From assembly GCA_013239625.1 (NCBI GenBank), contig MU054212.1, forward strand, positions 7,166,270-7,230,269: a DNA stretch of 64,000 nucleotides, given 5' to 3'. Below the pieces are notes generated by a model. It saw only the letters and a list, made by a program, of their open reading frames with translations, did no database searches and had not been told where the DNA came from. Of this stretch, positions 52,815 to 64,000 are shown piece by piece. A program made the translations under genes and the position numbers. How positions within the stretch are numbered: the first letter of the stretch is position 1; each line of letters starts with the position of its first letter. The DNA is from Lama guanicoe. Lineage: Eukaryota.

Positions 52815-53800
52815 ATGTAGCTGCTCACCATGGACTAGAGTGGAAAAAATAGTTACTCTCAGGGAAGGTAATTTGGAAGTAACTATTAAAAATTTTAAAG
52901 TGCCCTTTTGATATAAAAATTCTTCTTTTTGGAATCTATCCTAAAGAAATAGTTGTACATACTATCTTGGTCTGTTTGAGCTGCTCTAACAGAACACCAT
53001 AGACTGCGTGGCTTATCCACAACAGAAATTGGTTTCTTCCAGTTCTGGAGGCTGCAGAGTCTGAGGTCAAGGCATCAGTGAGTTTGGAGTCTGATGAAGG
53101 CCTGCTTTCTGGTTCATGGATGCTTGACTTCATACTGAATCCCTACATGGGAAAGGGGATACAAAGCTGTCTAGGGTCTCTTTTACAAGAACACTAATCC
53201 CATGCATGACGGCTCCATCCTCATGACCTAATCACCTCCCAAAGGCCCCCACCTTCAGATGCCACCACACTGGGGATTAGGTTTCAACATAGGAATTTTG
53301 GTAAGAATGCAAACATTCAATCCACAGCACATATACAAGGAGAAATATATACCAGAGTCTTCACTTCAGCACTGTTTTAATGGGTAAAAATAGATTCATA
53401 CTACTTGTTAAATTATAAGGAAATACATTAAAAATTAGGATACAGTGTATCTACTTTATGAGATAGTAAGAGTAGTATATGAATATTAAGAGCATTTAAT
53501 ATTATATAGAATATTAAGAGCAAAATACATTCCATGGGAAAATGTCTCAGTCATGTTATTAAGTAAAAAAGCATATACCTCCAGTATATACTAACTGCTC
53601 TCATTCATGTTGGAGATAAATTTAAAATACCAAACCATAGTGTTGAATATATGCATATATAAGAAAGAAAACAGGAAAAGCTCTGAAAAAGATGGTAGAT
53701 CTCTAATAGTCATTATTTCTGAAGCAGTGGGTGTCTTTGGGGGAAGTTGAGAGGGATTTATTACTTTTAACTCTGTATAGTGATGTACCTTTATGCTTTC
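52815..53800 (+). mobile_element. L1ME 3' fragment hosting an MLT1A LTR
   Basis: ggtaatttggaagta…cttttgat…ggaatctatcctaaagaaatag [LTR] …ttcacttcagcactgtttt. Confidence 0.7.
52963..53329 (-). mobile_element. MLT1A-type solo LTR
   Basis: gctgctctaacagaacaccatagactg…cagttctggaggctg…catgacctaatcacctcccaaaggcccc; near-TSD catac/catat. Confidence 0.9.
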
Positions 53801-53909
53801 CTGTAATTTCCATGTATTTATTTATTTGCTTGCATAAAAATGTTTAAACATTAGTATAAGTTGAAACAAGGGAGAAGGAACTGATAGAAAGGAGGCAAAG
53901 TGTGGTTAA

Positions 53910-54480
53910 GAGAACAAAATCATCAACTCTTTTTTCTTTTTTGTTTTGAAAATTTATGAAAATACAGCAAAATATCATAGACCAACAACCACCAGCTGGA
54001 ATTAACAGTTGTAGACATGATGTCGGAGTCGCTTTGGATTTCTTTTTTAAATAAAGTCTGACAGAAAAAGCTGGAGCTCCTTTGATTTCCTTCTCTTCTC
54101 AGAGACAGTGTCATAGATTTGCTGTACACTATTGCAGTAGAGCATGTTAGAGTTTTACTCTGAATATATAAAGTATATCTCTGTCTAGTTATATTGGTGA
54201 ACATTTATTGACGGTTTTTTTTCCCCCAAAACAATGACTCTTTGTGAATGTGTGTTGAGTTTTTCTAGGGCTTGTACCAAAAAGCAGAATTACTGATGTG
54301 TAAAGCATGAACACCTGTTTTTTCTTTTTTCACTAGATATTGCCAGATGTTTTTCCAAATTGGTTGTGTCAATTTATATTCTCACTAGAGTATTACATAG
54401 TTCCTACTTCTGGACATCCTCAACCAATTTTTGGTATTGCCAAATGTCAAATTTTGTTCTACTCTGTAAATTATGAAATG
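53910..54480 (-). mobile_element. Old L1ME fragment
   Basis: tttctagggcttgtaccaaaaagcagaattactg…ttgccagatgttttccaaattggttgtgtcaatttatattctcactag. Confidence 0.7.
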
Positions 54481-55529
54481 CTAGCTGTCACTACTCTCTG
54501 AACATTTTCTGAGTGTCCAAGTCTGACAGGACCCTGTGAGGGGAACACAAAGAATCCTAATGCAGCCAGAGTCCTAGAGAGCTGATGGCCGTGGAGCAAG
54601 GAGTTGTCAGAAAGCAGAGAGCTAAATGCTACAGTCATAGGACAGGCTGTAATGCCTACAGAAGTTCAGAAACCATCATCATGGGCTGGAGAGTTCATTA
54701 GAAGTGTGTAGGAGATGAAGGCAAAGCATGCTTGACAAATGAAAAGGAAGAGAGGAGAACAGAGGGCGTTGAAGATCAAGGGAGTGTGAAGGCAGGCAGC
54801 GTGGCTAGAAAGAACAGCATGCCAGTAGTCAGACCATTATGAATTGCCCTTAAAACCTTAACCAGAAAGAGATTACTAGAGCTTCAAAGCAGACCTATTT
54901 TAAATGCACCATTTTACAGATGAGAAAATTGAGGGCTAGAAAAATGAGGTCAGCTTATATAAATCAGTTATATTAGACAAGTGTCAAAAATCAAATAGGC
55001 AGGAGATATATTGGCTTATTTAATATATTGGCATGACCAAGTGATGTCATCGTGCCCCCCTCCCCTTTCTTCCTCAATTTCAGTCTGCTTGCCTCTGGTT
55101 AGCTTTGTTCTCCGTGGGCTCTGTCCCTGGGGAGGCAGACGTAGTCACTGACTAATATTTTTTGTCCCTTTACAGCTTATGTTTCTACTGAAAATAATGT
55201 ATGCTCATTTCCTTTATTTCTCTATCAGTTCCCCCAAAAGATACTCAAACTCCCACCATTTGGCCAGATAGTTTAACCTGGCTAGCCCTTCCGGAGGGGA
55301 AATCAGGACCATTTCATTGATGACTAATCACATTAGTGAGGAAGGGAGAGTCTTTAAGAGAAAAGAAGACAGGATATGCAAAGAGGAGATGGCCACGTAG
55401 CCTGTGTGGTGTGTAGGGTGTTTGACACACATGATTGCAGTCAGCAATTTAAGCAGAATATAGGTGATCACTCATTGTGAGTGCTTTATGTCCACACATC
55501 CATGATCATAACAGCTTTTAGAGCAGTGA

Positions 55530-56470
55530 TTAAATTCATTTCAACAAACACCTTTTGAGTACATTGAGATTGCTTGTCAAATAATACAAGGATAAATAAA
55601 TAGGTGTCTCTCCCCTGTGGAGTTTCTAAACTTGTTGGAAGTAGTAAGGGCAGGAAAGTTAGAAGTGTAAACATTTTTGATGGAAGGAAACCATGAGGGA
55701 TACGCAGAGTGCTGAGATTGAAACACAGTAAGGGAGATACCCTGGGATCACAAAAGGTGTCACCACACAGGTGGTAGTGACCGATTTTATTCTGAGTGGT
55801 AAATGGAGCAAGGAGTGGGTTGCAGTTCCAAGCAGAGGGTTTCATACAAGCCAAAACAGAGAGATGGGAAACCGCGGAGGCTCGTGGTTTACTGAGTTGG
55901 GTCAGATTAGAGGAGAGTGGACTGGCAGTGGGAGAGTGATCTCGGAGTTGGGGAAGAGGAAGATGAGGGAGGTGCCAAGTGTACTGTAGAGGATCCTGAT
56001 GTCAGCCCGGCAGTTTGTGCTTCCTTCTGTAGGCAGTGGAAACCACTGATTAAAAAAAAAAAAAAAAAAGAAGAATCAATCAGTCTACTGTATGGTGTGG
56101 CCTGAAGTCGGGGCAGTGTTTTATTTGTTTTGTGTTTGTTTTGTTTTTTAAATAGGAAAATTGCTCTGGCCCCCAGTATGTAGGCTGAATTGGAGCAGAG
56201 AGATATTGAAAGCAAGGGTAGGGGTAGGGGTCATACAACTGCCCACTTGTGATGGAAAGATTGTTAGAATTAGGATGGGAGGGAGTGAACGTATAAACTG
56301 AAAGATGAACTTGATTGAGGCAGAATAATTCAAATAATCTGAGAAATGCTTCATTTCTGGCTGATCAAGAGAAGAGTTGTACCCATCACTGAGGGAGAAA
56401 GTAGAGAATCAGGAGGAAGATCTCTACTGGGAGAGATGAGTCAGATGACTTCTGTGATGGGTAATGTAAT
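55530..56470 (-). mobile_element. L2 LINE (3' part)
   Basis: attcatttcaacaaacaccttttgagtac… and later aggcagtggaaaccactga…gtacccatcactgag. Confidence 0.75.
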
Positions 56471-56734
56471 GTTGCGCATATGTAGTGTTTTCATTTATGT
56501 GTGGATACTATTTGTAAAGTTTTCAGTGCTATTTAAAGTGCCTGGATGTTTTTCAGTTTTATAAATCTACACAAGGAAATGCAATTATCACACTGCACTA
56601 TTTTTTCACAGAGAAACAGGTATTTTATATACCTTTAAAATGATTTTTAAGCATTTTGCTAAAAAAATTAAATATTCCTGGAAACACAACTGCTAGGTAC
56701 TTTTTCCTAATGATCCTAATCATAAATACAGTTT

Positions 56735-57000
56735 AGCATTTCCCCAGGAATATTTCTTGGCATACTATGAGATGTTGCCACATATTATTGTAGGGAAGAT
56801 TTTAAAATTATATATACTTAGGAAACACTGAGTTAAGTGGGTTTCTGGAGTTATGTAGGATTTTTCAGAGACCAGTATAATATTGTTGACAAATTTGGTG
56901 AGTTTGCAAGAGGAGAATGCAGCTTTTCGGAAACGCATTTGACAGTTTTTTGAGCATCACATGGAACTCATATCCCATAGAACACAGTCAGAAGTGCCGC
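56735..57000. mobile_element. MER103-like hAT-Charlie element
   Basis: agcatttcccc…ggaaacactgagttaa…tttcagagacc…cccatagaacacag. Confidence 0.6.
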
Positions 57001-57894
57001 GGTGTTAGCTGTTGCTAACAAAATGGGAGACTATGAGTAGCTACAAGTAGATTATCAAAATTTACATTTTTATATGAAACTATTTTATCACACCAAATAT
57101 AATTACAATGTCTGTTCCTGTCTTTAATGCATGGAATCCATTATTTTATTGTATTTTGGAAGATACGTTTCTTGGCATAAATATTCTCTTTGAGATTACA
57201 GTTGCAGGGAAATAGGATAAAGTCCTGAAGCGCCATCAATGACGCTGAATTGGCCACCTCTGCATTGGAGTCGGTGATAGAAGAAATCACATGGTTCCAT
57301 CTCAGTCATCTCCTTGGAGTAAACTAGGGACAACATCTAAATTCCAAATGATTTTCTCCTTGCTGTGGCACGTGCCTCAAGGCTTCTTTCTTCCGAATCC
57401 CTTGTCATTTCACATGTATTCAGAAAATTCAGTTCAGCTCAGCCTGCACGTCTGTTATGTGCAAAGCACTGTCAGAGTGCACATTTACTTCAAGATTAGC
57501 TTCCCATATATAATGTGCTCAATAAATATTTATTCAACTAATGGATTGTGTTATTCCTTGATGATCCAGTTCTACAAAGAGGCATCTCGGTTAGGGATCT
57601 GAATTCTCTACCATATTCTCTCAAAGTTCTTTCTTCCTTAGTTTTCATAGGGTAGCATTACGTGAGGAAGATAATGAACAGTATCGTCTAATGCAGCTTA
57701 GTTCTTTCTTTATATTAGTTGAAATCTACCCTGGGGGAGTCATCACTATAGGCAGCATTGAGTGAAGACGGAGCCAATATCTTACCATTTTCCAGTGCCT
57801 GGCTTTTCTTTGTGTGTTTCCGTCAAGTGCTACATATTCTTTTTTTAGTATCCAAGGTTAATTAAGTGGAAGAAACAACTCTGTGGACATAGAA

Positions 57895-58135
57895 TACGAG
57901 ATAGTGGAAAGAGCATGGACTTTGGAATCAGAATTTGGATTTCAGCTGTATCACTTACTTGTTACTTGATTGCAGTCAGATTCTAACCTCTCAGTCTCAG
58001 TGACATCTGTAAAACTGGGAATCATGCTTATATTTTATGGTGACTGTACGGAATATAGATAATAGTTGTAAAAGCTCCGTCACATTAGAGATGCTCAATA
58101 AATGGTAACTGTAATAATAGATATTTATTATTATC
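57895..58135 (+). mobile_element. MIR SINE
   Basis: agtggaaagagcatggactttggaatcaga…catctgtaaaactggg…atgctcaataaatggtaact. Confidence 0.85.
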
Positions 58136-58379
58136 ATTCTTTTCTCTCTACCTTTACTAAATACATTATTTTCAATATTAATCACATGTGAAAGGCTACA
58201 GGACGAGCGTATATACACTCCCATATCTTCACTTATTTTTGCTAATGAAATAAAAATGAAATTAGGCAAAATATTACCTAAGCCAGTTCTATAAACAAGC
58301 TACAGAATATTTAATTTCTTTCCATTTCCCGTCTTTTGCACCTCTAGTTGCTGGTTACTTTGAGCTGTAATAGTATTTA

Positions 58380-58645
58380 TAATAATAATAATTAATAATA
58401 CTAACTCAAATTTTTGAACACATACAATATGCCATATGCAATTCTAGGTATCTTCCATGTTTTAACTCATTAAATCTTCAGGATAGCCCCCAATGAAATA
58501 GTGACTTCTGTTACCCACACTTTGTAATTGAGGAATCTGAGACCCAGAGAGTTGAAGTTCAAAGTCATAGAGATAGTAAGTGATCCAGCCTCAGCTGAAC
58601 TCAGGCTGACTGGCTCCAGAAGCCACAGTCTTATTCATTGTACTC
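58380..58645 (-). mobile_element. MIR SINE
   Basis: aactcattaaatcttca…ttacccacactttgtaattgaggaatctgagacccagagag…ctggctccagaagcc. Confidence 0.8.
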
Positions 58646-59929
58646 CCTTGCCTTTCCCAGTGTATCAGTGGTAATATGGCATGCCACCATGTGCACAGTT
58701 GTAGAGAAATAATTGCCAATACCTGACTACACATGTGATGTCTTCTTCTCTTGATGTCTGCAACTAAGTATAACCACCTCACCTCATATTAGAGGTCTTT
58801 AAAAAATGTAATTTAGATTATATACTTTAGCTTACACTTTTATGGGGCTATTGCTTAATTTCTTTATAGATCATGTTCAAAAATAGTACTTAGCAAACTT
58901 TTGTCCCTGTATTGATGTTTTGAAATTCCTGTCTCCTAAAACAAAAGGTCTGTTTAGTGAATATGGCTGCATGAATCACTGTAGTCTTAATCTTGTAGTA
59001 GCTTGGTAGTGTCCATAAAGTGGATAAAGGATCTAAGTTCAAATGCCCGTTTATAACCCCCGAAGAATATAGTTTTATATTGTTCAATCCAATCAGAGAT
59101 GCGTATTTAGGTTTAGAGCCTGAAAATGTTTCTCTAAATTTAAGAATTAAATTGCACAACATATGTCACTTTGTAATCACATCTTGCCCCAATATCCCTA
59201 CCTCGTAAAAGAGTACTTGGGACTATGTTTCTGATTTTACCCTAGAAACATGTTGAATATTGAAAATCATGTAGGTTTTCTTTACATAGAAATATGCAGA
59301 ATGTCTTCCTTTTAAATATCACCCATCTTGAGTTGATTGGTGGTTCCTATTTATTTTTATATCTTTATAAGGACTTTGAAATCAGAGGAGAATTTGGATT
59401 TCAGTATCACTTAGTTATTTGACTGCAGTAAGATTCTTCACCTCTCAGCCTCAGTTACATCTGCAGAGTCAGGAATCATACTTAAATTTTGTCTCTGATC
59501 TTTGTTGTTTGTCATTGCCCATTAAAAACTTTCACTGGTGTTCTTAGAGGGACTGTGATGTTTGGGACACTGTTCTTGTCTTCAAAATCAAATTTCAGAA
59601 TTATTCTCAGTCATTTTTTGGCTAACATTTTATGTGCTAGGGTCCTTTAGCTAACATATATGAAGGACTCTGCCTTTTAAGTTTTTATTTTCAGTTATTT
59701 TTGGGTGTTCCAGACTAGCAGTAATGTTTCTCAAGAATAAGTTAGTTTGGCCTTGACTTTCTAGGGTAGTTTAATCATCTAGGTTACTAATTTATCAGCT
59801 GATATACACTGTGTACATATGTATGTTTAAGAGTCATCCACATTCACTAGTAGAAATAGTTAATTGTTGTTCACTAAATAGCTAAATAAATAAACCCCTG
59901 GATGCATTATTCATTTTTTAACATTTTAA

Positions 59930-60075
59930 AAAACTTTTTTGTGAAGTATAACATAAAGTCAAATGTACAAATCCTAAGTAAGCAATTTAATTTTCACATA
60001 GTGAACACTATGATTCTGTATAAAGAACTGAAACATTACCTACACCCCTGAAGCCCATGTAACTTACTCTTAAAA
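59930..60075 (-). mobile_element. L1M 3' end fragment
   Basis: ttttttgtgaagtataacata…gtacaaatcctaag…aattttcacatagtgaacac. Confidence 0.6.
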
Positions 60076-61229
60076 ATACGTTGTTTATAATTAAGACATT
60101 TTCTTTAGGCTGTCAACACTGAAAATACTTAAAGGAGCTTTTATTAATTTTTTTTGAAAGAGTGAACTTAAAATTATTTCAATTAACTTGTATTACTAGC
60201 ACATAGTGAAATAACTATCTAATAATGCTGCTTAATAATACTTCTTACAAATGTTGAATTTTTAGACTTGTGGTGGTGTACTTTTTTGATGTTCCCATAA
60301 TTGCAAAATGAGATTTAATAATGTTTTCAGGAAATAGCTTTCTTCTGAAATTTTTGTTAAGAGGTACTTAAGAAAATAAAGTAGTCTAAGATTTGGATTA
60401 CTTAAATATTGCCTTATGAAGCATTATTATTTTATGTGGAAAAGAACTGAGGACCACAATGATGATATTTCCTTTGCCACTTCTGTAAATATTCTTCCAA
60501 TTGCATTCCCCAGGTATTCTCTCTGGTTTTCAAAATAACTCAGACAGACAGGCCATCCTTTCTTTTCACTAAGTGTACACGATTAGTAAGATTTTGCATG
60601 TTTCGTCAACAATTTGATGTGATAAAGCAATGGTTTTTCTGTAGTTCACACAGCACTGGGGCTCTGCAAAGCATCTCTGGGGGTTCTTTGATGTCTAGAC
60701 AGTTTAAATTATGCCTGCTCCCCTGCCTCCAAATTCCACCCCTGTTCTGCTTCAGGGGTTGTGGGAAATGAAAACAAACCAGAAGGGTTCCACAAGCCCA
60801 CAGTCTAGGGAGAAAAACAAACAAGCAGAGTAAGCTGTATATCTACCCTGGCAGGTGTATCGGAAAGGGCCTGATTACAGGGAACGGCGGAAAGAGAGGA
60901 ACTGGACAACTCATGTCCTGCTTGTTTATTTCTAATTATGTCCCTAATAGGGAAATGTATGTGCACTGTGGACAAAATGAAAACATAATGGAAGCGTTAG
61001 GGAAGAAAGTGGGATTCATCTCTTACCCCAGTCCTCCAGTGTTTTCCTTCCGGCCCACCGCCAAACCAGGAGTTTGGTGCGTTTCTTGCCCATTGTCTTA
61101 TTTATTGAAATGGTAAGATGTAGAGTTGCATTTTAAGTTGGAAAAACTAACTTCTCTTTTTCTTTCCTTTTTTCTTTGTTTTCCTTTTGTAAATCGGGAT
61201 ATCGCAATTCTTCCAATTCATCTTTTTAG

Positions 61230-61232
61230 AAA
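61230..61232 (+). CDS. ASXL3: Candidate 3-nt microexon (AAA) of ASXL3, phase 2 to phase 2
   Basis: ACTAAC at 61146-61151, long pyrimidine tract, no AG from 61138 to 61227, tttttAG at 61228-29, then AAA, then GTAAGT at 61233-38. Paralogs ASXL1/2 have a 3-nt exon in this intron position. Confidence 0.7.
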
Positions 61233-64000
61233 GTAAGTAACTTTTGAAATATCAGAGATTTTTTTTGTTAAAATATTGATGTTTTGTTATTTCATATATA
61301 GTATACACATGCACGTATTCTGTTACAGATTTTTTAATTTATCAGTTCTGACTGAGGTGATAAACTCTTGCATTAAGTGGGAACAAAAATTTTTAAAATT
61401 AAAAGTAAGAAATATTACATAGAAGGTGTTCCTGCTATATAAGAATCCAGGCTTTTAAGACATACTTACCTCATCTTATTTTATACCCACAGTAAGTCAT
61501 TGTGTTTTTTAATATATACAGATAAATAGATATTTATGTCTTTCTTAAAGCTGGTCTAGGTATACTTACTAGTTCTATTTTGTCTGAATATGAAAATAAT
61601 AAAAATCCATAAATAAGACTTTTATTTATCCCTGTTCAATGACAGTTAATTAAGGCATTCATTTCTTTAGGAAAAGCAGTTCAAAATTTCAAGACTTTAT
61701 GGAAATGTTGAGAATAATAGCAATAAGTAAATGGTATGAAAGATTTTTAAAATTCACTTTCCTATGTATATGTAGTGGATGAAACAGTTACCTTTTTAGT
61801 AAGCACTTCACTCTTGCAATGCTAAAGTTGTATTGTTTTTAAATAAAATGGACTGTGTAATTTGGTTTTTTTCCTGTAAAGAAATGCAAGTGATTTGCTT
61901 AAAACTGAGTGGCTAATCAGCCAGTGGTTTGAGTAGTAAAATTTGCATTTGACTGCAAAATATTTTTTAATTCTTCTGAAATGCAAATGTATAGTTTTGA
62001 AGTAAAACAGATTTCATATGTTTGTTTTGGGAAAGATTTGGGAAAATTACAGCAGTCATTGAGACTTGTGGAGATATATTGTCATGTGGTTGTGAGTTAC
62101 ATCTTTTTTAATATTTCCATAGTAATTCTTGAGTTTACTGAGTTAATAAACGGTATAATTTAATAATATATTCATGTTCAACAAAGCTTATTGTTTATAT
62201 GAAACTGGGTGCTTATCACTTAAATTTGCAGCAAGCATAGCATTAAACTGCTATTTAGTAGTCAATTTATCTTCTACAATTATCTTTGGCTTAGTGTACC
62301 TTAGAAAGGAAATGTAGATTATAGTGATATTAAATTATATTTGTTCAGTATTCTTTAGCTTTAAATCTGTATTAAACTTTAGTATTCTAAATCTGAATTC
62401 TTGGAATTGTGTGTGTCAGGACCTTAGGAATAAAGAACAGGAAGAATGTGTGTGAGGTTTGATGTTAGGTGGACAGTTTTATTAAGTTATATTTTTAAAT
62501 CATCTCCATTGTTTTATTTTTATGTATAGGATTCTACTTTACTTGTAGTGTTAACATTTTCTTGCCAAGTCCCTACAGAAAAATCTGTGTTTCTGACAGT
62601 TTCACCAAATTAAAACTCCACAAATCTGGTAGAGTAATTCTCAGCTTCAAATTGTCTGTGCTTTTTTTCTGAAAAGAATAATGATAAAAATATATACTTT
62701 GCAGTGTTGAGTATAACATTGTAGCATTATTTATCTGGAATTTATTTATGGACAGACATTTCTGGGAGATGAATATATTTTACTTTGTAAGGTATGCCTG
62801 GCCCACTTTACATATGAGCAGAACATCTTTTGTGAGGGAGAATAATGAAATGAGGTCTGGAAGCCTGTAGAAGCTTCGTGAGGAAAGATATTACATAAAC
62901 ACCCAGCATTGTTACCATGTGGACTTTAATGTACTTTAACTGCATTGTTCTATAACCAAATTTATATTAGGGCTGTTGCTTCCTGTCAGACCAAATGGAG
63001 TCATAATTGATGTGTTGGCACAGAGAAGCTGTTTCCTAAAATAATAAAGAGTGTTCTTCTTCTTATAATGCTTATAAACCTTTATGACCATGATGTGTAT
63101 ATATGCTGACTTGCTGTTATGTGTGTTGTGGCAATTCAGCAAATTTGACTTTTTCATTTTCCTGGTGAGTTTTCATATTAAGTAAGAGATCTGATAAACT
63201 TGGTTTTTAGAAGACTTATAATTCAGTGACATAAAAGTATGTTTCTATCACAGAAATTCGAACTTCAGAACCTTAATATCCTAAAGGTTCTCATGTCCCG
63301 GGATATTTTGGATTGAATACACAAAACCTCTAAGAGGCGAATGGGGTGGAGAAGGGCATCTAATCAGTATTGGTTCAACCAAATGTTGATCATTTAGCGT
63401 ATTAGGAAGTGAATTGTATATGGAAATACAAATAAATGAAAGTAATAATTCTGCCTTTAGAGTCAAGTGTGCAAAAATATCAGTTTACATACAAAACACA
63501 CAAGAAATTCTAAAGCCTACCCCAGGAAATATATACATATTATGCATTTCATAAACATCCTTTTAATTATGTGACTACATTTAACAATGTTTCTACACAT
63601 GTGCTTTGATATTTTAATCAACAGTTAATGGTGTTTGATTTCTTAAATCTGTTTTCATAATTCAGTCACTTGCATCTTTACTACAGAACGTAATTATTAG
63701 CTGGGCAGAATTCCCAAACACATATTTCTTTATTTGACAAATAAAGAATCGAGAAAAGGGTGTCACTGGAGAAGCTATATCAGAGATATAAACACAAATA
63801 GAGATTTTTATTTGGCCTTGTGAGAAATGCAATCCCATGAGTAATTTAAATACTTGTAATTTCAAATCAGTTCTTCCCTGGTTTCTTATTATTCTTTTGT
63901 TGCTTTTCAACCTATGGGATGGAGCTGTCCTTGAACTTGGTTTATTTGATCATTCAAGTGCAACCATCAAGTTGTCTGTAATATTTAAAAACTGAGGCTT

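Noticed and set aside
57228..57250. REST/RE1-like site on the minus strand (TTCAGCGTCATTGATGGCGCT)
   Set aside because: The essential GGACAG half-site is not intact.

Overview
AT-rich mammalian genomic DNA, probably camelid, judging by two tRNA-Ala-derived Vic-1-like SINEs and a young L1 3' end. The window lies inside the ASXL3 gene (+ strand). It holds one certain coding exon (29577-29659, 83 nt, [30 protein letters not shown]-terminal HARE-HTH/ASXN domain), flanked by parts of two large introns. Neither exon 1 nor the next canonical exon (…GTSPLACLNAMLH…) was found in the window. The rest is intron with ancient repeats (MIR, L2, L3/CR1, L1M, MLT1/LTR33, MER5A, MER103-like, Tigger-type MITEs) and microsatellites. 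None of the supplied ORFs looks like a real protein. The most interesting signal is a candidate 3-nt microexon (AAA, 61230-61232). It has a distal ACTAAC branch point, a long pyrimidine tract, a 90-nt AG-free zone and a perfect GTAAGT donor, in the intron position where ASXL1/ASXL2 carry a 3-nt exon. Candidate alternative first or poison exons and an intronic promoter-like cluster are also noted. Repeat family calls come from recalled consensus motifs and their boundaries are approximate unless TSDs/TIRs are given.
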